Shown: positions 10,294-20,904, numbered from the stretch's first letter. The stretch is DNA of 64,000 nt from Anaerohalosphaeraceae bacterium (GCA_050309605.1 JBNRMN010000034.1:32001-96000); one strand, 5' to 3'. Program-made: numbers and translations. The notes: generated from the letters alone by a model not told the origin.

Positions 10294-13200
10294 TTACGCG
10301 ACCGCCGTTTCCGACTCCTCCCGTGAGCCTTCAAACTGGACACTGATTTTCTTGCTGACGCCCTGGGTTTGCATCGTGATGCCATACAGGATATCGGCGA
10401 TGCTCATTGTGCGTTTGGAGTGGGTAATGATCACAAACTGCGATTGTTCCTTAAATTCCTGAACAATCAGATTGAAGCGTTCATTATTGGCCTCATCCAG
10501 GGCCGCATCCACCTCATCCAGCACGCAGAACGGCGACGGTTTGGTCCGGAAGACCGAAAACAGCAGGGCAATGGCGGTCATGGTCTTTTCGCCGCCGCTG
10601 AGCAGGCTGATGGTGCGGGTTTCCTTGCCGGGCGGACGGGCAATGATTTCGATGCCGCTTTCGAGGATGTCTTCGGGAGTTTCCAGGATGATGTCGGCCC
10701 TGCCGCCGCCGAACAGTTTACGAAAGACCTGTTGAAAGTTCATCCGCACCTGTTCAAAAGTCGTCTCGAATTTTTCTCTGCTTTCTTTGTTGATTCGGGC
10801 GATTAGCTGTTCCAGTTGCGTCTTGCTCTGGTTCAGGTCGTCCACCTGCGCTGTCAAAAACTCAAACCGCTGTTCCAACTCGTCCTGCTGCTCGATGGCG
10901 TCAACATTGACATTGCCCAGCCGTTCAATCTTGCCCCGCAGTTCGGCTATCTCTTCCCGCACAAGCTCCCAATCCATATCCTCGTCGCGGAACGATTCAT
11001 ATGCCTCGGTCAAGTCAATTTGCAATTCTTCACGCACACGCTGGGTCAGGTCTTCATCCTTGACGTGAAGCTGACTCAACTCCAGTTCAAGGGAGTGAAT
11101 TTGTTCCTCCACCGTGGACTGCTCTTCACGATACTGACGCAGTTGCGCCTCAGCGTGCTTGCGTTCGGCCATCAGCGTCTCGACCTGTTGATGAAGTGCT
11201 TTACTGTGCTTTTGGGCCTGTTCTTTTTCGGCAAACAGGTCCGACACCGACGCCTCCGTCGCCAGAATGGTCCGTTCGGTCTGCACGACCTGGTCATCGC
11301 AGCTCAGCGCCTCGGTGCGAGCCGATTCAATCGCCATCCGGCTGTGCTGAAGCTGACTTTGGATCGTTCCGATGCGCTGCCGAATGGATCGCTGCTGTTC
11401 CTGAATTTGACCCAGTTGAATGCGTATTTCCGTCAGTTCGGTGTTGCGGCTTTGCTGGATGCGGCGCTGTTCATCAAAGCGGGCCTGCAGCGATTCGATA
11501 TGCTCGTTGCGTCGTTGATTGATGTCTTCGAGTTCTTCCAGTTTGCGTTGTGAAAGATGTTCTTTCTGAACGGATTGCTGGATTTCTTCTTCAAGCATCC
11601 GAATCTCGTCGGTGATAATGGGCTGCTCATCTGTGAGCCGCTTGATATTTGCTTCCAGCATTCGCAGTTGCGATTCGGCATCGACTTTTTCGGTATTGGC
11701 CTCATAAATGCTGGTGCGCAGTTCTTTGCACAATCCGGCCAGATGTTCGTTTTTATGGTCGGTTTCTTCAAGTACGGATTCATACTCTGTCAGGCGGCGA
11801 TTCAGTTCCTCCAGTTCTTCTTCGAGCTGCAAGATACGGCTCTTTCGTGAAATCAGGCCGGCGTTTTTTCCGACCGGGCCGACGGTCAATGCGTATCCGC
11901 CGTCGAAAACCTGCCCGTCCGGCGTAACGAAACGATACTCCGGCCCCAGCCGACCGGCCAGTTCCATCGCCGTATCCAGCGACTGAACCAGCAGCGTCTT
12001 GCCCAGCAGGTGCCAGACCAGGGGGGCAAACCGGCTCTCGAAACGAACAAACTGGATCAGCCGCCCCAGCACGCCGGGACAATCCGACAGATTGGCGCAG
12101 TCGGTAAACGGCGGCATCCGGTCCAGACAGACCGCACGGATCCGACTGTCCGGCATGGATTGCAGGGCGCCGTCCTGTAAAAAAGCGCCGGTGCTGTTGA
12201 CCAGCAGGGCGTCGGCGCAGTGCTCAACAGCGGCCTCAATCGCCTCTGCATAATCGGTATGGGCAAGGATGGCATCGGCGACGATCCCCTCGATATAATC
12301 CCGCCTGCCGTCCCGGACGGTCAGAATCTCCTTGAGCGACTGACTGAGTCCCTCTCGGCGGGCTTCCATATCCCGCAGCACATTCAGTTCGCTCAGAACA
12401 GCGCTGCGCTGTTCTTTCGTCGCGGCCATTGTGTCGGCCACCTGTCCGCGCCGGTCGCCGATGGCGTCCATCTCAGCCCGTTTGGCGTCCAGATTGCTTT
12501 GCAGTTCCGAGAGCACCGAGCGAATGTCTTCCAGTCGGGCCTGATACTGGGCTTTTTCCGTCAGCCAGCCGGAAAGCTGCTGTTCGGTCTGTGAGGCCTT
12601 GCCGCTGAGCCGCACTTTCTGGCCGGACAGGTTGTTGCGATACGTGCTCAGGCTCTGAATCTCATTGTGAAGCTGGGCGGTTCGACGCACAATATCGATA
12701 ATTCCGGATTTCTCATCTTCCAGCTCCGCCTGCAGCTCGGCGCAGCGCGTGTTGATCTCGGAAATGGCCGCCTGCGCGCGTTCCAGCTCGGTTGTTTTTT
12801 CCTCAAGCTGCTGCTGATTGGCTTTCAGATCGTCTTGGCATTGCCCCATCTCTGTGGACAGTTGTCGGGTCTGAGCGGTCAATTTCTGAATCTGAGCGAC
12901 GGCGTTCTTTTTGCGGTCGGCCAGTTCCTCAATTCGGCTTTTCAGAAAGCCGATGCGTTCAAGCTGCTGTTCAATGCGGCTGCGCGACGCGATTAAAGTG
13001 CTGTCCCATCGGTTGATTTGGTTTTCCGTATCCATAATGTCGCCTGTCAACCGGCTCAATTGTGTATCGCAGCGAGACACATCGGCCGCCGCCGTGCTGA
13101 ATCGATCCTGCCACTGTGAAAGGGCGGCCTGGCGCTCTTTTCGATTTGTGATAATCTTGTGATATTCCGCCAGTGAATAGTTCACGCGCAGTTCTTTGAG

Positions 13201-13860
13201 CCGCTGGCTGTATTCGAGGTAGTTGCGGGCTTTTCCGGCCTGCAGCTTGATGCTGCGAAGCTGTTTTTGCACCTCATTGACGATGTCGGCCAGACGCAGC
13301 AGATTCTGCTCGGTGCGTTCGAGTTTGCGCAGGGCCTCTTTTTTGTGAGCCTTGTACTTGCTGATGCCCGCGGCCTCTTCAAAGATAACACGGCGATCCG
13401 AGGTGGAGGCCTTAAGCAATTGATCAATTTGTCCCTGTTCGATGATGGAATATGCGCTAACGCCGATGCCCGTGTCCATAAACAACTCGCGGATGTCGCG
13501 CAGTCGGCAGCTTTTTCCGTTAATCTGATAATCGCTTTCACCGCTGCGAAACAGCCGCCGTGTAATCTGCAGGTCGTCCTGTTCCAGTCCCAGACCCCGG
13601 ACGTCCGAAAAATGCAGGCTGACCTCGGCCATCCCGCAGGGCTTTCGACTGCCTGAGCCGCTGAAGATGACATCCGCCATTGCATCGCTGCGAAGACTTT
13701 TTGGACTTTGGTTGCCCAGAACCCACTTGATGGCGTCCACTACGTTGCTCTTTCCGCATCCGTTCGGCCCTACAATGGCCGTGATCGGATGGCTTATTTT
13801 CAAGTCCGTTTTGTCGGCAAAACTTTTGAAGCCATTGATTACGATTTTCTCAAGTTTCAT
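10294..13860 (-). CDS. smc: Chromosome segregation protein SMC
   Basis: GFKSFA, VGPNGCGKSN (Walker A), long coiled coils with hinge, LLSGGEK, LDEVDAALD, VIITH. Confidence 0.97.
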   Translation of the reverse strand: MKLEKIVINGFKSFADKTDLKISHPITAIVGPNGCGKSNVVDAIKWVLGNQSPKSLRSDAMADVIFSGSGSRKPCGMAEVSLHFSDVRGLGLEQDDLQITRRLFRSGESDYQINGKSCRLRDIRELFMDTGIGVSAYSIIEQGQIDQLLKASTSDRRVIFEEAAGISKYKAHKKEALRKLERTEQNLLRLADIVNEVQKQLRSIKLQAGKARNYLEYSQRLKELRVNYSLAEYHKIITNRKERQAALSQWQDRFSTAAADVSRCDTQLSRLTGDIMDTENQINRWDSTLIASRSRIEQQLERIGFLKSRIEELADRKKNAVAQIQKLTAQTRQLSTEMGQCQDDLKANQQQLEEKTTELERAQAAISEINTRCAELQAELEDEKSGIIDIVRRTAQLHNEIQSLSTYRNNLSGQKVRLSGKASQTEQQLSGWLTEKAQYQARLEDIRSVLSELQSNLDAKRAEMDAIGDRRGQVADTMAATKEQRSAVLSELNVLRDMEARREGLSQSLKEILTVRDGRRDYIEGIVADAILAHTDYAEAIEAAVEHCADALLVNSTGAFLQDGALQSMPDSRIRAVCLDRMPPFTDCANLSDCPGVLGRLIQFVRFESRFAPLVWHLLGKTLLVQSLDTAMELAGRLGPEYRFVTPDGQVFDGGYALTVGPVGKNAGLISRKSRILQLEEELEELNRRLTEYESVLEETDHKNEHLAGLCKELRTSIYEANTEKVDAESQLRMLEANIKRLTDEQPIITDEIRMLEEEIQQSVQKEHLSQRKLEELEDINQRRNEHIESLQARFDEQRRIQQSRNTELTEIRIQLGQIQEQQRSIRQRIGTIQSQLQHSRMAIESARTEALSCDDQVVQTERTILATEASVSDLFAEKEQAQKHSKALHQQVETLMAERKHAEAQLRQYREEQSTVEEQIHSLELELSQLHVKDEDLTQRVREELQIDLTEAYESFRDEDMDWELVREEIAELRGKIERLGNVNVDAIEQQDELEQRFEFLTAQVDDLNQSKTQLEQLIARINKESREKFETTFEQVRMNFQQVFRKLFGGGRADIILETPEDILESGIEIIARPPGKETRTISLLSGGEKTMTAIALLFSVFRTKPSPFCVLDEVDAALDEANNERFNLIVQEFKEQSQFVIITHSKRTMSIADILYGITMQTQGVSKKISVQFEGSREESETAVA

Positions 13861-14000
13861 CCATCATCCTCAAAAAGCCCGAGCTGTTATTCTGTTGATC
13901 GTCATGAACAATGAAACGAACATAAAGGTTATCCGTTTTTATTATTATCGGTCTATGGGGCGTTTTTTCTGTACGCGGGTTTCGAAAATTGCAGCAAAAA

Positions 14001-15617
14001 TCACAAATTTTCAAACATCTCCCCCACCGTAGTCAAGGGACCCTGCTCAAATCGCGCGGGAATATGGTTGCCGGCACACATTTTCTCAAGAATTTCGACA
14101 ATCTGGGTATAAGATAACGCAAGTCCAGGCAGGGTGGTCGTGCCCTGTTTTTGTTCCGGCGACTCACCCAAAGCGCGAACCAGTTGTGAGACCTCGAACC
14201 CGGCTGACAGCGGTCCGACGACACGCGGCCGATTGGGATGGGTTCGCGATATGGAGATGAACCGGTCGCCCGGTCGGGCATTGAGCGTGACCTGGCCGTC
14301 GTCCGACCGGAGAAACAGGTTTTCGTTGCATCGAACCGGTGAGCCGAAAACGGCGATGCCCGGTTCGTTCTGTTGCTTGGCATAGACGACCTTGGGGCCG
14401 CCGCAACTGATGCGATCAATGAAAAAGTTACTGGTCACTGGAATTCGGGTGATAATCGGACTTTTGGCGGCCAGAGCCGTTTCATAGGCGACAACGCGAA
14501 GTGCCATATCGTCCTGAGCCAACACACGAAGCAAAATCGGCTCGGCGTCATTGAGTCGGATATTGCGTCCGATAGCGCGCAGCGCCTCTTGGCGATAAGG
14601 TGATTGCGGATCAAACACAAACTCTCGCAGGATCGGCAAAACGCGTGCGTCGCCGATATTGCTCATACAGCGGGCGGCATGAAAACGCACGGCCATGTCA
14701 TCCTCTGATCTCAGAAGAGCAGCCAACTCATCCAATGCCGGTTTGCCGATGGCTTCCAGGGCTGCTTCTGCGGACAGTTGATCCGGTTCTGTCTTAAGCT
14801 GTTCGATAAGTTCGTCAATGCGACGCTCCTGAAGGGCGGGCTGGTTGACCAGATGGAGCCGACGAATCATCAGCAAAAACCGTTCTTTATCGTAGTGATA
14901 CTTCGTAGGAATGGTCAACAGAATTTCGCCCGGAGAAACGGCATTGGCGATTCGTGGACCGAAACGCTCATTGATGCGATTGCGAATGGCCCCGGCAACC
15001 ACAAAATCGGGCTGATTCAAAAGCAGCGAGACCTGGGTACTGGTCAGGGTGTAGCCGCCGCCGAGTACATACCACGACTGCGTATCGTCCTGCGGTCGGC
15101 CGGGAATGGAAAAAATCGGCCCCTGCGCCCGTGCAATGGTTTTGGCGTACTGGTTAAATTGAGTAATTCGGCTTAATTCTTTCAGATCCGTGGTATATAG
15201 ATGTCCGCCTTTCAGCGAGGTAGTCTGAGTACTGGACAACGGACGAATAAGCACATCAAAACTTTGTCCGACCCTGGCCATCGGCGGGATGATGCCCAGC
15301 ACTTCCACAACAGCGGTATCGCTGCTTTCAATAAAACGCCGCGGATTGAGGATATTGGCCTCAGGAAGCCGCTGCCAGATATATTTTTCCAGTTCCTGCC
15401 GCAAGGCGGGCGGGCATTCAGACGAACCGGTTCCAAACAGACCCGCCACTATCCCGAAACCGCGGACCGCAATAGCAGGCGACTCAACCACGCGGGCGAC
15501 ATCTTCAATGGTACTGTCCGGCGATATCGCCGGCGGCTGCTCCGGTTCCGGGGCAGACGCACACGACAGCAGAAACGTCGAACCGATGGAAAACAACAAA
15601 AACAGGATTTTTCTCAT
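14001..15617 (-). CDS. Lipoprotein with FlgI (flagellar P-ring)-like domain and HEAT repeats
   Basis: Lipobox-like LLSC; VRGFGIVAGLFGTG, GQSFDVLI..TTSLKGGHLYTTDL (FlgI-like); central HEAT repeats (AALEAIGK..., VRFHAARCM...). Confidence 0.75.
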   Translation of the reverse strand: MRKILFLLFSIGSTFLLSCASAPEPEQPPAISPDSTIEDVARVVESPAIAVRGFGIVAGLFGTGSSECPPALRQELEKYIWQRLPEANILNPRRFIESSDTAVVEVLGIIPPMARVGQSFDVLIRPLSSTQTTSLKGGHLYTTDLKELSRITQFNQYAKTIARAQGPIFSIPGRPQDDTQSWYVLGGGYTLTSTQVSLLLNQPDFVVAGAIRNRINERFGPRIANAVSPGEILLTIPTKYHYDKERFLLMIRRLHLVNQPALQERRIDELIEQLKTEPDQLSAEAALEAIGKPALDELAALLRSEDDMAVRFHAARCMSNIGDARVLPILREFVFDPQSPYRQEALRAIGRNIRLNDAEPILLRVLAQDDMALRVVAYETALAAKSPIITRIPVTSNFFIDRISCGGPKVVYAKQQNEPGIAVFGSPVRCNENLFLRSDDGQVTLNARPGDRFISISRTHPNRPRVVGPLSAGFEVSQLVRALGESPEQKQGTTTLPGLALSYTQIVEILEKMCAGNHIPARFEQGPLTTVGEMFENL

Positions 15618-15711
15618 CTTATTAGCCCTCTAAGAGCCTTGCACAGTGGATGATAACGCATATTCAATCAGCCGCACAGCATACGCAGGGACGAATCGAA
15701 CGTCAAGGATA

Positions 15712-17247
15712 TTATGTTTGAATCGGCGGGGGCATGGCGATTAGCCGTCGGCAAAAGCCCAAAGTTCCCAATGCGCTTTCGACGGATGGTGTGTTATCAT
15801 CAAAACCGAATACGAAAACCGTCGGTTCGAAGGGTCCGATGGCGGCAGCGAGGCTGTCCCGAACCGACGCGCTCGGAGCGTAAATCAGAAGGCATGCGTA
15901 GTTCTCGACCGCCGTTGTGATCATAGACGGTATCCCCTGCGGCCGGCCGTACAATCCGAAGAGATCCAGCCCATCGAAAACCGTGGCTTGTATGGCCTTC
16001 TCTAATTGTTTAGGCGGAACGTCAAAGACCTGCGCCAGGGCATGTCGCTGTGGGTCGGCATCGATCAGGAGCAGCGTTTGGCCCTGTTGGGCCAGTTCAA
16101 TGGCGGTGTTGACAAAGGTGGTTACCGGCAGATCACGGACCTGTTCTGCAGCAAATACCACGATCCGTGATGTCTCGGCTGCCTTGGTCGTATAGGCGGC
16201 CAGTTGACGATAATACCCCTGCGGCGTATCGGCACTGAACCTCGGCGTTTCAATCGGTATTGAATTATGTTGCGGCTCGAACTCGGCCAGTTGTTCATGC
16301 GACGTATCGCCGGCGGTGGCTTCCGAAATGACCGTAAAATCAGGATTCAGCAGTTCAACCGCTTCGCCGCGGCCGGTGGTTTTGTCCACGAGGGTAAAGA
16401 CCCGACCGACCTCGGCAGGCTCGTCTGGAACGGATCGCAGCGTCAGCGAGTCCTTGCCGGCCAGATAAGCGCCCGCCGCCGCCGAAAGCACTGCGGGAAT
16501 CAGACTGACTATCGCCAGTCCGACCGCCGAGGCTGAGGCCTGCGCGATCCGTTCAGCACCGGAGCCAAACTCCGAACCGGCCCCCAAAAACGGCCAAATC
16601 AGACAAGCCAGCATCGCCGTAATCTCAATGGCCCCCTCAGTTCGCATCAGCAGCGATGCCCCGGACAATTGAGCAAACAGACGCGACTCGTCGCCGATCT
16701 TTTCGGCCAGCGTCTGCGCCTGGCCGGCGGTGAGAATGCCCATTTTCAAATCGGTTTCAATGCCGACACATTTGAGCGGCCCGATACGCCTCAAATAGTG
16801 CTTGCCCGCTGCGGCGATTTTCTGACAGGTCGCAAACAACACCCCCAGCAGCACGACCGCCGCGGCCAGTCCCGCCAGCGCCGCGGCCAATGGCCATATC
16901 ACAGTAACGGTTTTTCCGAGTGCCGGAATCAGCAGCCCGCACGGCCTGCCTTGCAGCAGTTTTGTCCCGGCCGCACCGACCAGACCGATGCGCAGCAGGG
17001 CCGGAACGATAAGCAGCAGCGCAAAACCCTTCAAATCGGCCGTACTGGCCGCCGCTGGGAAGATCGTTGCCGCGGCAATCGTCAAACTCAGCACACACAC
17101 CCACAGAATGTCCAGAAGGATGTCAGGGATGGGCACAACCACGCCTGCCAGCAAGGCGCCCGCCGCGGCCAGGAAAACCGTTTCACGCCGGCTCCAGACC
17201 GTTCGATTTTGCCGATTTTCATAGATTTTTCGATCGTTTATCGACAT
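15712..17247 (-). CDS. FHIPEP/FlhA-like membrane domain fused to degenerate ParA/MinD/BY-kinase-like domain
   Basis: VVPIPDILLDIL, LLLIVPALLRIGL, IETDLKMGILTAGQA (FlhA-like); C-terminal TTFVNTAIELAQQGQTLLLIDADP without an intact GxGK Walker A. Confidence 0.6.
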   Translation of the reverse strand: MSINDRKIYENRQNRTVWSRRETVFLAAAGALLAGVVVPIPDILLDILWVCVLSLTIAAATIFPAAASTADLKGFALLLIVPALLRIGLVGAAGTKLLQGRPCGLLIPALGKTVTVIWPLAAALAGLAAAVVLLGVLFATCQKIAAAGKHYLRRIGPLKCVGIETDLKMGILTAGQAQTLAEKIGDESRLFAQLSGASLLMRTEGAIEITAMLACLIWPFLGAGSEFGSGAERIAQASASAVGLAIVSLIPAVLSAAAGAYLAGKDSLTLRSVPDEPAEVGRVFTLVDKTTGRGEAVELLNPDFTVISEATAGDTSHEQLAEFEPQHNSIPIETPRFSADTPQGYYRQLAAYTTKAAETSRIVVFAAEQVRDLPVTTFVNTAIELAQQGQTLLLIDADPQRHALAQVFDVPPKQLEKAIQATVFDGLDLFGLYGRPQGIPSMITTAVENYACLLIYAPSASVRDSLAAAIGPFEPTVFVFGFDDNTPSVESALGTLGFCRRLIAMPPPIQT

Positions 17248-17467
17248 TATTTAAGCATAATCATTGTCGTAATTGTTGCGTTCTCTTGCAATGCGACACA
17301 CACGACACAAACCCCGTGACGGCGCTGCAGTATCCGGTTCCCTATCGTAGCAAATAACCGCTGTACTGGGAACTGTTTTTGTCGGCCAAATCAGCCCGAA
17401 CCTTCTCTGGCTTTGACTTGACTCAGAAGCGCTGTTTCGAATTTGCCCCGTGCTGGGCGGATTTTTC

Positions 17468-17497
17468 TTGACAATTCGTCCAAGCGGTGTATATAGA
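17468..17497 (+). promoter_or_regulatory. Sigma70-type promoter of tRNA-Gly
   Basis: TTGACA (17468-17473), 16-18 nt spacer, TATATA/TATAGA, about 20 nt upstream of the tRNA. Confidence 0.65.
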
Positions 17498-17517
17498 CCT
17501 TGCAGACAAGCACTTAG

Positions 17518-17588
17518 GCGGGCGTAGTTCAGTGGTAGAACACCAGCTTCCCAAGCTGGATACGCCAGTTCGATTCTGGTCGCCCGCA
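17518..17588 (+). tRNA. tRNA-Gly (anticodon CCC), CCA not encoded
   Basis: Cloverleaf: GCGGGCG/CGCCCGC acceptor, GTTC-AGTGGTA-GAAC D arm, CCAGC-TTCCCAA-GCTGG anticodon arm, GCCAG-TTCGATT-CTGGT T arm. Confidence 0.97.
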
Positions 17589-17730
17589 TTCATTTTTGGC
17601 CTGAAAATGAGGTTTTCAGGTTTTTTTACTCCATTTTTCCCGCGTCCGGGATATTCCCCCTTTGACGCTGCGGCCAGTGTATGTGGAGTCGATGAGCGGT
17701 GCGTACTGTGTTGGTTCCGGTTATGCCGGG

Positions 17731-18846
17731 TTAGGACGATGCTGACGGCCCTTCCTCTGGAGTCGGCGGGGGATTGTAGGAACCGAGCAGCATGGCCATC
17801 CAGCGGGTTTCCTTGTTGGTCTGCAGGGCAATCTTGACGGTCATTGTCAGCGGCACCGACAGCAGCATCCCCATCGGGCCGAGCACCCACCCCCAGAAAA
17901 TTAACGACAAAAAGACCACCAGGGTCGAAAGCCCAAGCCGCTGCCCCATCAAGCGCGGCTCAAGGAAGTTGCCGATGGACACATTGATGATGACGTAGCC
18001 CAGCAGCGTCATGATCGCCGTAGCCGGACCGTGCTGCACCAGTGCCAGCAGAACCGCCGGAACCGCGGCGAGCAATGAGCCGATATTCGGGACAAAATTC
18101 AGCAAAAACGCGATCAACCCCCAGACCACCGGATAGTTGACCTTCAGCACAATCAGCAGCCCCATAACCAGCAGACCCGTGGCCAGACTCAGCGCGGTCT
18201 TCAGCGCCAGATACCGCTTGACATTGTTGGCGATTTGCGAGAGGTTTTCAAAGGTTTCCTCGGAGTTCAGCGCTTCACGAATCTTGCTCGGAAGAGCCGA
18301 CGCCTCCATCAACATAAAGACCATCATCAGATAAATGACAAACCCGTTTTTCAGAAGCGTCCCCAACTGAGCCAGCAGTTCACGGACAAATTTAACAACG
18401 GCGCTGGCGTCGGGTTTGATCAGTTCCCGAAGGGAATCCTGAACGTCCACTCCTTTTTCATCCAGCCAGTTAATCAGCAGATTGCTGTTGTCTTCGAGTC
18501 GCTTGGCATATTCGGGCAGGGTTTTGGTAAAATCTGTAATGGACGCGGCCAGCAGAGAGCCGACCAGGATTCCGATAGCCAAAATGACCAGTGAGATAAT
18601 CAGAATGGCGAAAAAAGTGGAAATCTTTCTTTTTTTCATCCAGAACAGGGCGGGCGTGCTGATAATCGCCAGAAACACCGCCAGCAAAAACGGAATAATG
18701 ATATTGACTGCCGCCTGCATCCCGCCCACGATGACGACAAACGATGCGGCCGAGACCAGAAACTTGATCGGAGACGGCAGATGGTCCGACGGCGGCGTCG
18801 GCACACCTGAATCCGGTGAAGGTTGTGTTGTCGGCGAATTTGTCAT
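17731..18846 (-). CDS. AI-2E family transporter
   Basis: Multi-TM; WGLIAFLLNFVPNIGS, GNFLEPRLMGQRLGLS..VFLSLIFWGWVLGPMGMLLSVPLT; start uncertain (18846-18855). Confidence 0.9.
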   Translation of the reverse strand: MTNSPTTQPSPDSGVPTPPSDHLPSPIKFLVSAASFVVIVGGMQAAVNIIIPFLLAVFLAIISTPALFWMKKRKISTFFAILIISLVILAIGILVGSLLAASITDFTKTLPEYAKRLEDNSNLLINWLDEKGVDVQDSLRELIKPDASAVVKFVRELLAQLGTLLKNGFVIYLMMVFMLMEASALPSKIREALNSEETFENLSQIANNVKRYLALKTALSLATGLLVMGLLIVLKVNYPVVWGLIAFLLNFVPNIGSLLAAVPAVLLALVQHGPATAIMTLLGYVIINVSIGNFLEPRLMGQRLGLSTLVVFLSLIFWGWVLGPMGMLLSVPLTMTVKIALQTNKETRWMAMLLGSYNPPPTPEEGPSASS

Positions 18847-18956
18847 CGTTGGCACATTGAACGAATTACCTTATTCCCACAGCATTAACTGCCTATTACC
18901 ATATCCTTGAAGAGCTTTTCGGTCAACTGAATTTACCTCTATTTCTTGTCTTGTGC

Positions 18957-18984
18957 TTGACGGCAAGGGAGTTTTCTCTATAAT
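18957..18984 (+). promoter_or_regulatory. Sigma70-type promoter of ykgJ-like/hisS operon
   Basis: TTGACG-16nt-TATAAT. Confidence 0.7.
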
Positions 18985-19038
18985 GCGTCTTTTTGAGCCA
19001 TTTTTCAGAGACAGGAATGTTGGTCCCGGAGTGATTGA

Positions 19039-19515
19039 ATGACGAAAGTACGTAAAAAGTCCCCTAAAGCCTCAAATGCAAGAAGAAAATCAGCCGACAA
19101 AGTAACCCCGGCCTGCGTCAAGTGCAATGGCAAATGCTGCCGATATTTTGCGTTGCCGCTGGATAATCCGGAGGACTGGAGCGACTACGACGATATCCGC
19201 TGGTACCTGTGTCATGAAAACGTAACGGTATTTGTCGAAGACGGCCAGTGGTATCTGAACGTCAACAATAAATGCCGCCATTTATCCGAGACGAATTATC
19301 GATGTCAAATGTACGAACTGCGGCCCAAGATTTGTCGGGCGTATGAGACCGACGGCTGCGACCTGACCGGCAGCGGTTACGACTATGAGCTGCATTTTAC
19401 AAACGACAAGCAAATGGAAGAGTACATGCGCATCAAGTTTGGTCAAAAGGTGTTTGACAAACTTCAGGCCCCCAAAAAGAAGAAAAAATCCAAAAAGAAG
19501 TCCAAAACAAAGTAA
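19039..19515 (+). CDS. YkgJ-family cysteine-cluster (Fe-S/Zn) protein with Lys-rich tails
   Basis: CVKCNGKCCRY, CRHL....CQMYELRPKICRAY. Confidence 0.85.
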   Translation: MTKVRKKSPKASNARRKSADKVTPACVKCNGKCCRYFALPLDNPEDWSDYDDIRWYLCHENVTVFVEDGQWYLNVNNKCRHLSETNYRCQMYELRPKICRAYETDGCDLTGSGYDYELHFTNDKQMEEYMRIKFGQKVFDKLQAPKKKKKSKKKSKTK

Positions 19516-19521
19516 GTTGAT

Positions 19522-20823
19522 ATGAAAATCCCTTCGGTTAAAGGTACGCGGGACTTTTATCCCCCGCAGATGGCGGTGCGGAATTATATCACCGACGGCT
19601 GGAAGGCCGTGTCGCTGCGCAATGGTTTTGTCGAATACGACGGGCCGATTTTTGAGTATCTCCAGATGTATCAAATCAAAAGCGGCGAGGAAATTGTCGA
19701 GCAGCTCTTTCATTTGACCGACCGCGGCGGCCGGGAACTGGCGATTCGCCCGGAGATCACCCCCACGCTGGCCCGGATGATCAACCAGCGGATTAACGCC
19801 TTGCCGCGTCCGATTAAGTGGTTCTCCGTGCCGCGGCTGTGCCGGGCCGAGCGTCCTCAAAAGGGGCGGCTTCGTGAATTTTTTCAATGGAATATCGACA
19901 TTGTCGGCGTCGATGACATTCTGGCTGATGCGGAAGTAATCTTTTGTACGCTGGACTATCTGCGGTCGGCAGGATTGACCGCCGCGGACATCACCGCCAA
20001 AATCTCCAGTCGAAAGCTGCTGGCGGCCTTGCTGATGCATCTGGGCATTGCGGAAGATCAACTTGAAACACTCTATCCGATTTTGGATAAAAAGGCCAAA
20101 CTCCCGCCCGATACGTTTGCGGCGATGCTGGCCGAGGCGGTTGCCAACCAAGCGGCCGTTCAGATCATCTTGAAATTACTGGATATCCATTCGGTCGGCG
20201 ATATTCAAACGCTGGTTCCGGATGTCGCCTCCAACCGGCAGGCTCAATCCGCCCTGGGCGAATTGCATAGGCTCTTTGACTTGTTGAAGGCGATGGGGGT
20301 GGCCGACTACTGCCGATTTGACATGAGCATCGTTCGCGGGTTGGCCTACTATACGGGGATGGTCTTTGAGGTGCACGATGCCGTGGGCGATTTGCGCGCG
20401 GTCTGCGGCGGCGGGCGATACGATAACCTGCTGCGCGATTTCGGCGGGCCGGCACTGTCGGCAACCGGGATGGGCATGGGCGATTGCGTATTGGAAATTC
20501 TGCTTCGTGACCGGGGGCTTCTTACTGAGTCGTTGTCCCATCGCCACGTGGATTTTTTTGTGGTTTGTATGGATGAGGCATTGATGTCCAAAGCCCTGGA
20601 CATTGTGGCCCGACTTCGGTCTTGTGGAAAATCGACGGAGTTCAGCTACAAAACAGTCGGTCTCGGTAAACAACTCAAGCTGGCCGATGCCTGCGGCGCC
20701 CGACAGGTGCTCATTATCGGACAGGAATATCTCGACGAACAAAAAATTATATTAAAAGAGATGCAAACCGGCACTCAACGTGCAGTTGACGAAGACAGTC
20801 TGTTTGTTTTGGATTCCGACTGA
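19522..20823 (+). CDS. hisS: Histidyl-tRNA synthetase
   Basis: KGTRDFYP, IRPEITP, RAERPQKGRLREFFQ, VRGLAYYTG, GGGRYDNL. Confidence 0.97.
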   Translation: MKIPSVKGTRDFYPPQMAVRNYITDGWKAVSLRNGFVEYDGPIFEYLQMYQIKSGEEIVEQLFHLTDRGGRELAIRPEITPTLARMINQRINALPRPIKWFSVPRLCRAERPQKGRLREFFQWNIDIVGVDDILADAEVIFCTLDYLRSAGLTAADITAKISSRKLLAALLMHLGIAEDQLETLYPILDKKAKLPPDTFAAMLAEAVANQAAVQIILKLLDIHSVGDIQTLVPDVASNRQAQSALGELHRLFDLLKAMGVADYCRFDMSIVRGLAYYTGMVFEVHDAVGDLRAVCGGGRYDNLLRDFGGPALSATGMGMGDCVLEILLRDRGLLTESLSHRHVDFFVVCMDEALMSKALDIVARLRSCGKSTEFSYKTVGLGKQLKLADACGARQVLIIGQEYLDEQKIILKEMQTGTQRAVDEDSLFVLDSD

Positions 20824-20904
20824 GGCGCTTCTGCCTGACTGGCGGATCCCTGTTTTTTCGGACGACATGATGTCAGATCAAATACACCTCCCGAATTCTG
20901 CGGC

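Noticed and set aside
17518..17730. tRNA as integration site of an island
   Set aside because: No integrase, no duplicated tRNA 3' end seen, and the flanks are ordinary genes.
20821..20840. hisS stop reads TGA-GGC, like the Sec context
   Set aside because: HisS is already complete, a second in-frame TGA follows four codons later, and there is no 8-bp/UGG hairpin at the right distance.
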